Assembly (NCBI GenBank): GCA_038247175.1
Contig: JBBRVD010000001.1
Coordinates: 1 to 63,406, forward strand
Source of the DNA: Burkholderiales bacterium
GTDB taxonomy: Bacteria > Pseudomonadota > Gammaproteobacteria > Burkholderiales > Burkholderiaceae_C
DNA length: 63,406 nt
Reading direction: 5' to 3'
This document shows, one piece after another, positions 30,454 to 38,712 of this stretch. Every line of letters begins with the position of its first letter. Within the stretch, counting starts at the first letter, position 1. The translations under genes and the position numbers were made by a program. The notes below the pieces were generated by a model. The model saw nothing but the letters and a program-made list of their open reading frames with translations. It was not told where the DNA came from and made no database searches.

Positions 30454-30963
30454 ATGATCGAACCCGGCACACGCCTGGCCAAGACCGAAACGGGTCGCGA
30501 GGAGATGAGCCGCCGCAGCCCGCGCCTGTCGACGGTCGAGCGGCGGTTGCTGATCCTGGTGGATGGTGACAAGACCGTCAACGACCTGGGGGCGTTCGTG
30601 CGGGTGGGCGAGCTCGAGCCTGCGCTGGATCGCCTGCTCGGCCTGGGTCTGGTCGCGCCGCACGGGGATCCGGTGTCGCTGCCACCCCCGGTGGCACCCG
30701 GTTTTTCAGCGCCCATGCCACTGGAGCCCGAGCGGCCGGCCACCCATGTGCAGCCGTTCGAGCAGACACGTGCGCAGGTGGCGCGATTCGTGCACAACCG
30801 GCTTGGCGCGCCGGCCGAGCCGATCTGCGAGGCGATTCAGCGGTGCCGCAATCCGCAGGAGCTGCGTGCCTTGCTGCGGGGTATCGAGGTGTTCATCGGA
30901 CAGCGGCTCGATGCCGCCACCACGCAGGCGTTTGCGCGGCATTTCGGCAGTCTGCTGCTATAA
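30454..30963 (+). CDS. hypothetical protein (possible winged-helix-like N-terminus)
   Basis: KTETGREEM..RRLLILVDGDKT..LLGLGLV; host-like codon usage. Confidence 0.65.
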   Translation: MIEPGTRLAKTETGREEMSRRSPRLSTVERRLLILVDGDKTVNDLGAFVRVGELEPALDRLLGLGLVAPHGDPVSLPPPVAPGFSAPMPLEPERPATHVQPFEQTRAQVARFVHNRLGAPAEPICEAIQRCRNPQELRALLRGIEVFIGQRLDAATTQAFARHFGSLLL

Positions 30964-31004
30964 CCCAATCTGGGCCGATGGCCCATCATCAGGAGCCCAG
31001 CCCC

Positions 31005-31313
31005 ATGATTCACGTGATCGCAGTCATCACCGCCAAACCTGGACAACGGTCCCGCCTGCTCGAAGCCTTTCGCGCCAACGTGCCGGCAGTGCTCGCGGAG
31101 GCCGGTTGCATCGAGTATGCGGCAGCCGTCGATCTCGATGACGGGCCAGCGTTCCAGGCCCGCTGCGGTCCGGACAGTTTCATGGTGATCGAGAAATGGT
31201 CGGATCTGGACGCGCTCAAGGCCCACGCAGCGGCTCCCCACATGGCGGCATATGCGCAGCGGACTCGCGACTGGGTCGCTGAGCGCGCGATCCATGTCCT
31301 GCAACCGACCTGA
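31005..31313 (+). CDS. ABM-family putative quinol monooxygenase
   Basis: MIHVIAVITAKPG, EAGCIEY, IEKW, LKAHAAAPHM; AGGAG RBS. Confidence 0.88.
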   Translation: MIHVIAVITAKPGQRSRLLEAFRANVPAVLAEAGCIEYAAAVDLDDGPAFQARCGPDSFMVIEKWSDLDALKAHAAAPHMAAYAQRTRDWVAERAIHVLQPT

Positions 31314-31631
31314 GTTGCGTCGCGTGCCTGCCTTGCACGGCACCGTCCACGCGACGACCTGCGCGAACCGGAAAGCCGGTGCAGGGGGCGCGCTCGCGCG
31401 CACAGGCATGCGCCCGATGACCACCTGATCGACTGGACACCCCCGTCGCTGAATGCCTGCGGCCGCTGGTCGGCGCTTGCAGCGCCGATGTCGGTAGCCC
31501 GACACGGTACATTCCATGCTTGCGAGCGGACGGGCGCCACAAGTCAGGTCAATGGGCGCAGAATGGAGGGACACGCCTGATCGGCCGAGCGCCTGACGGG
31601 TCGAGACATTGCCATATGGAGGGGAGCGACC

Positions 31632-32144
31632 ATGGAACTGAGAAAGCGGTTGTTCGGGGGCGCGGGCGAGACCGAGGGCGCGACTGCCCAGCCCATGGAC
31701 TCTTCGCAGGACTTTGCCGCCCAGTTGCCGACCCGGCGGGAATTGCTGCGAGTGCGTACCCGCAACACCATGCGCCTGTCCGGCATCCCCGAAGGCTGGA
31801 TCGAGCCGCAGGTACTGGCGGAGCCAGAAGGCGGGCGCACCTTCCTGCATCTGCGCCTGGTCGTGCGGCACTGGGATGAGCGCCTGTTTCGCTACGCGGT
31901 TGCGTTCCAGACCCAGCTCATGACCGAGATCGAGCGCATCGACCCACAGGCGCGCCAGTGGCTGCTGAGCATCGTCTGGTGTTTTCCGCTCGACATGACC
32001 TGTCCTTATCCAGAGTTGCCGCAGCCGTCCGCCTGGATGGACGCCAGCCCGGTGGAGCCCGAGCCGGACGACGTGCAATCCGATCTGGCGCAGTTGCTGG
32101 CGCTTCGCGACGCTGAATTGGCGCGGCCCGACCCGCGGGGCTGA
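31632..32144 (+). CDS. hypothetical protein
   Basis: GGAGGGGAG RBS, host-like codon usage; no recognisable motif. Confidence 0.65.
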   Translation: MELRKRLFGGAGETEGATAQPMDSSQDFAAQLPTRRELLRVRTRNTMRLSGIPEGWIEPQVLAEPEGGRTFLHLRLVVRHWDERLFRYAVAFQTQLMTEIERIDPQARQWLLSIVWCFPLDMTCPYPELPQPSAWMDASPVEPEPDDVQSDLAQLLALRDAELARPDPRG

Positions 32145-32211
32145 AGTACAGCCTATTGCCGTTCACGCTTTCGGACCGGTACCTTGCGCTGCATCGCCCT
32201 GTCGGCGTACA

Positions 32212-32531
32212 GTGCACAAGGGCAAGACGACGTTGGCGCAGAGGGTGTCGCATGCCATTGGCGCCAACGCGTACTGTGCTTCGGTCAGTAAGGATTGCAT
32301 TCGCGGCACGACCCATGGGTCGGCAATCGGCCATGGGTGGACGGTTGCTTCTCGCACACCTACAAGGGCGCGCAATGGCATTTCGCATCGGTGGACTCCG
32401 TGCTGTGGAAGATAGTCGACGGCAAGCCGTACCTGAATTGCCACGCCAGTGTCCAGAAGAAGGGGGAAAACGCCATGGCCGTTCCTGTCCGCAACGCCGA
32501 CTGGAAGTGGCCTGCGGTACTGGGCCAATGA
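32212..32531 (+). pseudogene. degenerate YHS domain-containing (seleno)protein family gene
   Basis: Fragments IRG/[Y]DP, FSHTYKGAQWHFAS, WKIVDGKPYLN, ADWKWPAVL in two frames; central YAPQYGGYC-type block missing; 5' boundary uncertain. Confidence 0.7.
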
Positions 32532-32583
32532 GGCATCGCCATGGCATCCGCGCGGGCGCATCCGATGTCGTGTCGAGCGGTGA

Positions 32584-32619
32584 TCATGCTCGCGGGTTCT
32601 GTCATGCTCGCGGGTTCTG
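32584..32619. repeat. perfect 18-bp tandem duplication (TCATGCTCGCGGGTTCTG x2)
   Basis: Read directly from the sequence. Confidence 0.95.
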
Positions 32620-32724
32620 GTTTCCCAGGGCTGTTCACTCCCGGCGGCGCATTCACCCCGGTTGCGGTCGGCCGGGCCGAACTGCATGCGTCGGAGCGGC
32701 ATTGCGCATGCTGGCGTGTCTGCC

Positions 32725-33339
32725 ATGGTAAGTGACTGGAGCAGCGCGATGGCGATGTTCGACGCGGCGTTGCGCGGCGCAACCCAGCCATGGCTCATCT
32801 GCACCGCGTTGGTGCTGACGACCTTCCTGCTCGAAGACGTGGCGATTGCAGCCGGTGCCGTACTCGCTGCGCAGGGGCTGCTGTCCTGGGAACTGGCCCT
32901 GCTGGCGGTGGGCGGCGGCATTGCGCTGGGCGATGTCGGGTTGTATGGACTGGGCTTGGCGGCCAACCGCGTTCCGGTTCTGCGCCGGCGTCTGATCGAC
33001 GGGCGCGGACGCTGGATGGGCGAACAACTGGAGCGAAGTTATGCCGGCGCCATTGTGCTGGCACGGGTGATACCGGGCCTGCGCCTGGTGACCTATACCG
33101 CCTGCGGTTTCTACCGGCTGGCGTTCGCCCCTTTTTGCGCCTGGGTGCTGCTGGCAGTCACCGTCTGGACCGGCGGCCTGATGTGGTTCAGCGCGATCGT
33201 CGGAGCGGCGCTGAGCCAGGCGCTGGGCATACCGCCAGCGCTGGCGGTCGCGTTGCCGATCGTTTTGCTGGCGTTGGTGCTGATGGTCTGGCGCCGGAGT
33301 GCGGGTACCGCCGCCCGCGGCACGAAGGTGCTTCAGTGA
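32725..33339 (+). CDS. DedA/VTT (SNARE-associated) family membrane protein
   Basis: TFLLEDVA, GIALGDVGLYGLG, ARVIPGLRLVTYTACG. Confidence 0.85.
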   Translation: MVSDWSSAMAMFDAALRGATQPWLICTALVLTTFLLEDVAIAAGAVLAAQGLLSWELALLAVGGGIALGDVGLYGLGLAANRVPVLRRRLIDGRGRWMGEQLERSYAGAIVLARVIPGLRLVTYTACGFYRLAFAPFCAWVLLAVTVWTGGLMWFSAIVGAALSQALGIPPALAVALPIVLLALVLMVWRRSAGTAARGTKVLQ

Positions 33340-34508
33340 ACCGCGCAGGGCCTGCTCGCATGAGTGCTTCGCTTGAACATGACGCCGGGACCGGCCAGTT
33401 GCCACACCAGGGCATGCCGCCTCTGGACGAATCGGGGGCGCCACTGAGCTTCTTCGAGTTCTGGCCCATGTGGGCGTTTTATGCGCCGGTGGTGTTGTAC
33501 GTGGCCTGGCTGATGCTGCGTTACCGGGGCATCCTGCTGCCCACGGTGGCCAATCCGTCGTTTCCGGGCGGTGGCTTCGTGGGCGAATCCAAGGCCGAGA
33601 TCCTGCAATTGGCGATGCGCCACACGCCGCAATGGGTAGCGCCTTTCGTCGTGATCGATCGACCTGCGGCTGCAGGCGCCGAGGCGCTCGACCTGGAGGC
33701 TGAACTGGCCCACGCGCTGACGACGCTGCGCGCCGCAGGCCTGGAACTGCCGGTCGTGGCCAAGCCCGATCTGGGCTGCCGTGGGGCAGGCGTGCAGCTG
33801 GTACGGAGTGTGGACAAGCTGCGCCGATACCTGGCCTTGTTTCCGCGCGGCGCGCGGTTTCTGCTGCAGGCCTATGTGCCATTCGAGGGGGAAGCCGGCG
33901 TCTTTTATTGTCGCGAGCCGGGCCAGGCCCGGGGCCGCATCATTTCGATCACGCTGAAGTATTTTCCGCATGTCTATGGCGATGGGCGGCGGACCTTGCG
34001 CGAATTGATCATGGCCGATCCGCGCGCGGGGCGCTTGTCGCACCTGTACCTGCAACGGCACGCGGCGCGGCTCGACGATGTGCCGATGCCCGGGCAGGCG
34101 ATCCGGCTGGCGTTCGCTGGCAGTCATAGCCGTGGCGCTATCTTCCGTAACGGAAACGCATGGGTGACCACGGCCATGGAGGCGCGTTTCGATGCGATCG
34201 CCAAGCGCCTGCCCGAGTTTCATTTCGGGCGCTTCGACATCCGTTTTGCCGATTTCGCCCAGGTGCAGGCCGGCCACGCCTTCACGATCGTGGAGGCCAA
34301 CGGCGCCGGTGCGGAAAGCACGCACATCTGGGACCGCCGCACCACCTTGCTGCAGGCCTGGGCCGATCTGATGCGGCAATACCGGCTGTTGTTCCAGATC
34401 GGTCGGGCGAACCGGGATCGGGGATTCCAGCCGCTGTCGCTGCGCGAGTTCCGGCGCTGGCACAGGCGAGAGAAGGACTTGACGCCGCACTATCCAGCCA
34501 CGGATTGA
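33336..34508 (+). CDS. ATP-grasp (D-Ala-D-Ala ligase-like) protein of unknown substrate
   Basis: FEFWP, ANP..GG..GESK, AKPDLGCRGAG, LLQAYV..EAGVFY, FGRFDIRF, EANG; GTGA overlap with DedA (alternative start 33360). Confidence 0.8.
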   Translation: MNRAGPARMSASLEHDAGTGQLPHQGMPPLDESGAPLSFFEFWPMWAFYAPVVLYVAWLMLRYRGILLPTVANPSFPGGGFVGESKAEILQLAMRHTPQWVAPFVVIDRPAAAGAEALDLEAELAHALTTLRAAGLELPVVAKPDLGCRGAGVQLVRSVDKLRRYLALFPRGARFLLQAYVPFEGEAGVFYCREPGQARGRIISITLKYFPHVYGDGRRTLRELIMADPRAGRLSHLYLQRHAARLDDVPMPGQAIRLAFAGSHSRGAIFRNGNAWVTTAMEARFDAIAKRLPEFHFGRFDIRFADFAQVQAGHAFTIVEANGAGAESTHIWDRRTTLLQAWADLMRQYRLLFQIGRANRDRGFQPLSLREFRRWHRREKDLTPHYPATD

Positions 34509-34550
34509 TCCAGCTCCAGCAGCGCGTTCCCGGCCGTCCTACCCCGATGT

Positions 34551-35342
34551 TCAGCCCGGTATGCCGAATCGCGCCAGCCTGCGTGGCTGCACCGGCGCAG
34601 CCAGGTCGACCAGCGTGAGAAAGTCGATGGTGCCGAACTCCCGGTCGATCGCCGGCGGGCTGCAGATCATGGCTCCCAGGCCCAGGTAGGCCGCCAGCAA
34701 CTTCGGAATTTTGGGTGGCTCTGGCGCGGCCGGCTCCAAGGGGCAGGCAAATCCCGCCATTGGCCGGGTACGCCAGGGCTGTGGGGCCAGATGCGGCAGC
34801 AGACGCTGCCAGGCGGCCGCCCCGATGGCGCCGTCCTGGCTGGTCAGCGAACTGCAGCCGATCAGGTAGCGGGTGTCGCGCCGGTGGGCATACGCTACGA
34901 TGCCGCGCCACAACAGGCTCAACACGGAGAACGAGCGGTGGTCCTGGTGGATGCAGGCGCGGCCGAGTTCGAGCATGCCGGAGCGCTGCGCCTCGAACGG
35001 CGTGAAGTCGAATTCGCGCTCGCTGTAGTAACCCAGATGGTCCCGGGCGCGCAGGCCGGTCTGCAACCGGTAGGTGCCCACCACGGCACCACTGCCGGCA
35101 TCCTCGACCAGCAAATGGTCGCAGACGCCGTCGAAGTCGTCTGCGTCCAGGCAAGTGGCAAAGGACTGCGTCAGTCCTTCGTTCAGTTCGATATTGAACA
35201 CCAGGAAGCGCAGCTTCTGCGCGGCGCGCAGGTCCGCGGGATCGTCAGCCAGCCGCAACCGATATTCCGGGATCCCGCCGAGCTCGCGCTCCCGCGGCAA
35301 TCGGGACGAGCGGGCGGGGTTGACGGTTACAGCAGATGGCAT
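34551..35342 (-). CDS. GNAT N-acyltransferase, OlsB/FeeM-like (acyl-ACP:amino acid)
   Basis: AAQKLRFLVF..E, D.D.FDGVCDHLLV, VVGTYRL, YYSEREFD, ELGRACI, YLIGCSS, PKLLAAYL..GA, DREFGTIDF. Confidence 0.85.
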   Translation of the reverse strand: MPSAVTVNPARSSRLPRERELGGIPEYRLRLADDPADLRAAQKLRFLVFNIELNEGLTQSFATCLDADDFDGVCDHLLVEDAGSGAVVGTYRLQTGLRARDHLGYYSEREFDFTPFEAQRSGMLELGRACIHQDHRSFSVLSLLWRGIVAYAHRRDTRYLIGCSSLTSQDGAIGAAAWQRLLPHLAPQPWRTRPMAGFACPLEPAAPEPPKIPKLLAAYLGLGAMICSPPAIDREFGTIDFLTLVDLAAPVQPRRLARFGIPG

Positions 35343-35501
35343 ATGGGCATGTGTCGTGTCAAGCCGCAAATACTTTCACGCAGTGCGCATCGGCACAGAC
35401 CAGCGCGGGGTTAAGCTGCGGCTTGCGAACCGTTGATCTTTTGGAGCCATGCCATGAGTGTGCGTTATGCCTACCCACCCCGATTGTTGCCGCAGGCCAA
35501 G

Positions 35502-36041
35502 ATGCGCCTGTATCCGACCAAGGTCATCAACATCATCGGTGGTCCGGCTTGCGATAAATCGCTGTTCTCGGCAGGTATCATCCTGCATCTGCATCTCCAC
35601 CACAAGACCGTGGAGCAAATTCCCGACCATGCCAAATCGCTGGTCTGGCGCCGCGACTTCGACGCGTTGAAGAACCAGTACCAGATTGCGCAGCAACAAT
35701 TTCAGATGCTGGAATTGCTCGACGGGCAGGTCCAGTACCTGGTGAATGAATGCTCCTTGCCGCAGCTGCTGTACTACAACGCGCATTACCCGGACAACAT
35801 CTGCGACGTTGCCAAGACGCGTGCGCAGATCCTGCAGTGGTATGGCCAACACGACAACATCAACCTGCTGGTCGAACGGGGCGATCGGCCCTATGTGCCT
35901 ATCGGCCGGTTCCAGGACGAGGAGGGCGCTCGCGCGGTGGACCGGGAGATTCGCGTGCTGCTGGACCAGGAGCATATTGCGCACACCCTCGTACGGGCCG
36001 ATCCTGATGCGATCCGGGCGTTCGCCGACAGCCTGATGTGA
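35502..36041 (+). CDS. P-loop (AAA_28/NadR-like) protein with degenerate Walker A
   Basis: KVINIIGGPACDKS; HAKSLVW; GRFQDEE; start could be 35454. Confidence 0.65.
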   Translation: MRLYPTKVINIIGGPACDKSLFSAGIILHLHLHHKTVEQIPDHAKSLVWRRDFDALKNQYQIAQQQFQMLELLDGQVQYLVNECSLPQLLYYNAHYPDNICDVAKTRAQILQWYGQHDNINLLVERGDRPYVPIGRFQDEEGARAVDREIRVLLDQEHIAHTLVRADPDAIRAFADSLM

Positions 36042-36070
36042 GGACAGGCGGCTGCGCGCGTCGTGCAGGT

Positions 36071-37207
36071 TCAGCGCAGGCGACGCGGCGAAACAGCGTC
36101 TGCGCGTACGCCGTGTGCCAGCAGCGGCTCGGGCACCGGCTGGTGCAGCAGCAGCGCCGCGGCCAGCTCGGATGCGCCTGGCGCGCTCTGGATGCCGTAG
36201 CCGCCTTGCGCCGCCAGCCAGAACAGGCCGTCGCAATCCGGATCCCAGCCGATCACCAATTCGCCGTCCGGCACGAATGAACGCAGACCGGCCCAGGTGC
36301 GCAGCGGGCGGCGGATCTGCAGCGTGGTGACTGATTCAATCTGATGGATGGCGCTGGCAATGTCGAGTTCTTCCGGCATCACATCATGTGGCACGGTTGG
36401 GTCGGCATTGGCGGGCGAGCCCAGCAATACCCCGGCGTCGGGCTTGATGTACCAGGTCTCGTCCATGCCCGACACTACCGGCCAGGCCGACACATCGACC
36501 CCCTCGGGCGGGCGGAAGGTGAAGGCGCTGCGCCGGTGCGGCACCAGCCCGATCGGCTCGGCGCCACACAAGCTGCCGAGCTGGTCCGCCCAGGCGCCTG
36601 CGGCGTTGACCATTGCCCGGGCAAAGACATGCCGCCCGTCGGCCAGTTGGAGCTGCCACCGTCCCTCGGTGCGGCGCGCCTGCGAGACGTCGGCGTTGGT
36701 GTGCACGGTTCCACCGGCACGTCGGAGCATGCGCAGAAAACCCTGATGCAGCGCATGCACGTCGATATCCATCGCCATCGGGTCGAGCAGCGCGGAGTGG
36801 ATCCGTTCCGGTCGCAGGCTGGGCACCAGCGCCAGCACGGCTTCGCGCTCGAGCAGGCGAAGATCGGGGCAGCTGTCGGCGAGTTCGCGGCGCAAGCCGT
36901 CCAGCGCCTGCTCCTGGCCGTGCAGCGCCAGGTACAGCGCGCCGCGATCGGACAGCAGCGCCGTTTCAGCGAACCCCTCGGGCGGCTGCAGATAGAACGC
37001 GCGACTGGCACGCGTGAGCGCGCGCACCATCGGGGGCCCGTAACTCTCCATGAACATCGCCGCCGAACGACCGGTTGCGTGGTAACCCGGTTGCGATTCG
37101 CGCTCCAGCAACACAACGCTGCTGCTGGCAGCCAAGCGCGCCGCCACCGAGGTGCCGGCAATGCCGGCTCCGACCACGGCGAAATCGAATACGGGGCTGT
37201 CGGGCAT
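36071..37207 (-). CDS. FAD-dependent D-amino acid dehydrogenase-family oxidoreductase (DauA-like)
   Basis: VVGAGIAG, GYHATGRSAA, NAAGAWAD, WAGLRSF, QGGYGIQ. Confidence 0.85.
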   Translation of the reverse strand: MPDSPVFDFAVVGAGIAGTSVAARLAASSSVVLLERESQPGYHATGRSAAMFMESYGPPMVRALTRASRAFYLQPPEGFAETALLSDRGALYLALHGQEQALDGLRRELADSCPDLRLLEREAVLALVPSLRPERIHSALLDPMAMDIDVHALHQGFLRMLRRAGGTVHTNADVSQARRTEGRWQLQLADGRHVFARAMVNAAGAWADQLGSLCGAEPIGLVPHRRSAFTFRPPEGVDVSAWPVVSGMDETWYIKPDAGVLLGSPANADPTVPHDVMPEELDIASAIHQIESVTTLQIRRPLRTWAGLRSFVPDGELVIGWDPDCDGLFWLAAQGGYGIQSAPGASELAAALLLHQPVPEPLLAHGVRADAVSPRRLR

Positions 37208-37314
37208 GGTGGCGCGCGGTTCGGACCGGCTCGGTTGTGATCGATGCGGTCATTCTCGCACTGCCGTCCCCAGGCTCGATTAACATCGGTCGCTCCAGCG
37301 TCTCGACTCTCCCC

Positions 37315-38505
37315 ATGAACCCTTTCCACCGTATTCCCGGCCATCGCTTTCTGCATGCGCCGGGGCCGACACACGTGCCCGACGAGGTGGTACACGCGAT
37401 GAGTCGCCAGCCGATGGATATGGCCGATCCGCGCCTGGACCGGGTGATCGCTTCCTGCGAGCAGGGTTTGCGCCGCCTGCTGCAGACCGAATGCGCCGAT
37501 GTGTTCCTGTACGCCACCAACGGACATGGCGCGTGGGAGGCGGTGATTGCCAACCTGGCGTCGCCGGGCCAGTGCGTGCTGGTGCCGGGCACCGGCCATT
37601 TCTCCGACTCCTGGGCCTTGCAGTGCGAGGCCATGGGTGTGCAGGCGCTGCGCACGCCATGGATCGAGGGCGAGCCGATTGACCCGGTGGTGGTCGAACA
37701 GATGTTGCGCGAGGACAGCGGCCACTCCATCGTTGCCGTATTTGCGGTGCATACCGACACCGCCAGTGGCGTTTGCAGCGACCTGGCCGCGCTTCGCCGC
37801 GCCATCGATGCCACGGGTCATCCGGCGCTGCTCGTCGTCGATGTGGTGGCGTCGCTGGGCGCCAGCGCGTTCGCAATGGACGCACTGGGCGCCAACGTCG
37901 TGCTGGGCGCTTCGCAAAAAGGCCTGATGTGTCCGCCCGGCCTGGGCTTTGCCGCGGCCGATGTCCGCGCGATGGCGCGAAGCGAGCAGGTGACGACACC
38001 GCGTTACTACTGGGACTGGCGGCTGCGCAGGAGCGAGCTGGCCTACCGCAAGTTTTGCGGCACACCGCCGCAGACGCTGTTGTTTGGTCTACAGGCGGCG
38101 CTCGAGCTGATGTTCGCCGAGGGTCTGGATCAGGTGCTCGAGCGGCATCGCCTGCTGGCATCCATGGTCCATGCGGCCGTGGAGCGGTGGAGTCTCGGTG
38201 GCCAGATCGGCTTTTTCGCGCGTTCGCCCGACGCACGGTCCAGCTCGGTTACCGCGATCGCGGTTGCGCACGGTGTCGACGTGGAGGCGCTGCGCACGGT
38301 GACGCGCGAACGTTTCCAGGTCGCGCTCGCCGGCGGGCTGGGGCCACTGCACGGCCGGGTGTTCCGGATCGGGCATCTCGGTGATGTCAATGCGCCGATG
38401 GTGCTCGGTTGCCTGGCCGGTTTGCAGGCGGCGATGGTGGTGCAAGGCATCCTGTTCGGAGCGGGCGCGCTGGATGCGGCCGCGGATCGCCTCGCGCGCG
38501 GCTGA
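37315..38505 (+). CDS. class V aminotransferase (serine/alanine--glyoxylate type)
   Basis: HAPGPT, NGHGAWEA, VHTDTASG, ASQKGLMCPPG, FRIGHLG. Confidence 0.88.
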   Translation: MNPFHRIPGHRFLHAPGPTHVPDEVVHAMSRQPMDMADPRLDRVIASCEQGLRRLLQTECADVFLYATNGHGAWEAVIANLASPGQCVLVPGTGHFSDSWALQCEAMGVQALRTPWIEGEPIDPVVVEQMLREDSGHSIVAVFAVHTDTASGVCSDLAALRRAIDATGHPALLVVDVVASLGASAFAMDALGANVVLGASQKGLMCPPGLGFAAADVRAMARSEQVTTPRYYWDWRLRRSELAYRKFCGTPPQTLLFGLQAALELMFAEGLDQVLERHRLLASMVHAAVERWSLGGQIGFFARSPDARSSSVTAIAVAHGVDVEALRTVTRERFQVALAGGLGPLHGRVFRIGHLGDVNAPMVLGCLAGLQAAMVVQGILFGAGALDAAADRLARG

Positions 38506-38712
38506 TGGACTTCAGCTGTACCTGAAGCGGGTTTGACGTCATGCCCTTGTTGAGCGTCCCGTGCGCCGACTTCGTCGTCCGTTTCGTCGTCAAGGGCGCC
38601 AAGGCCGCGCGAGTCAGCATGTGGACTGTGCAAGCCCTGCATCGGATGACTGCAGGGAACGAGGCGACCCGCCAGGGCGACGACGACCCGATCGGCACGT
38701 ATCAGTAGTCCC

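Noticed and set aside
33336-34508. Call as housekeeping ddl
   Set aside because: No GGxSxE N-terminal or LHG motif, and not in a dcw context
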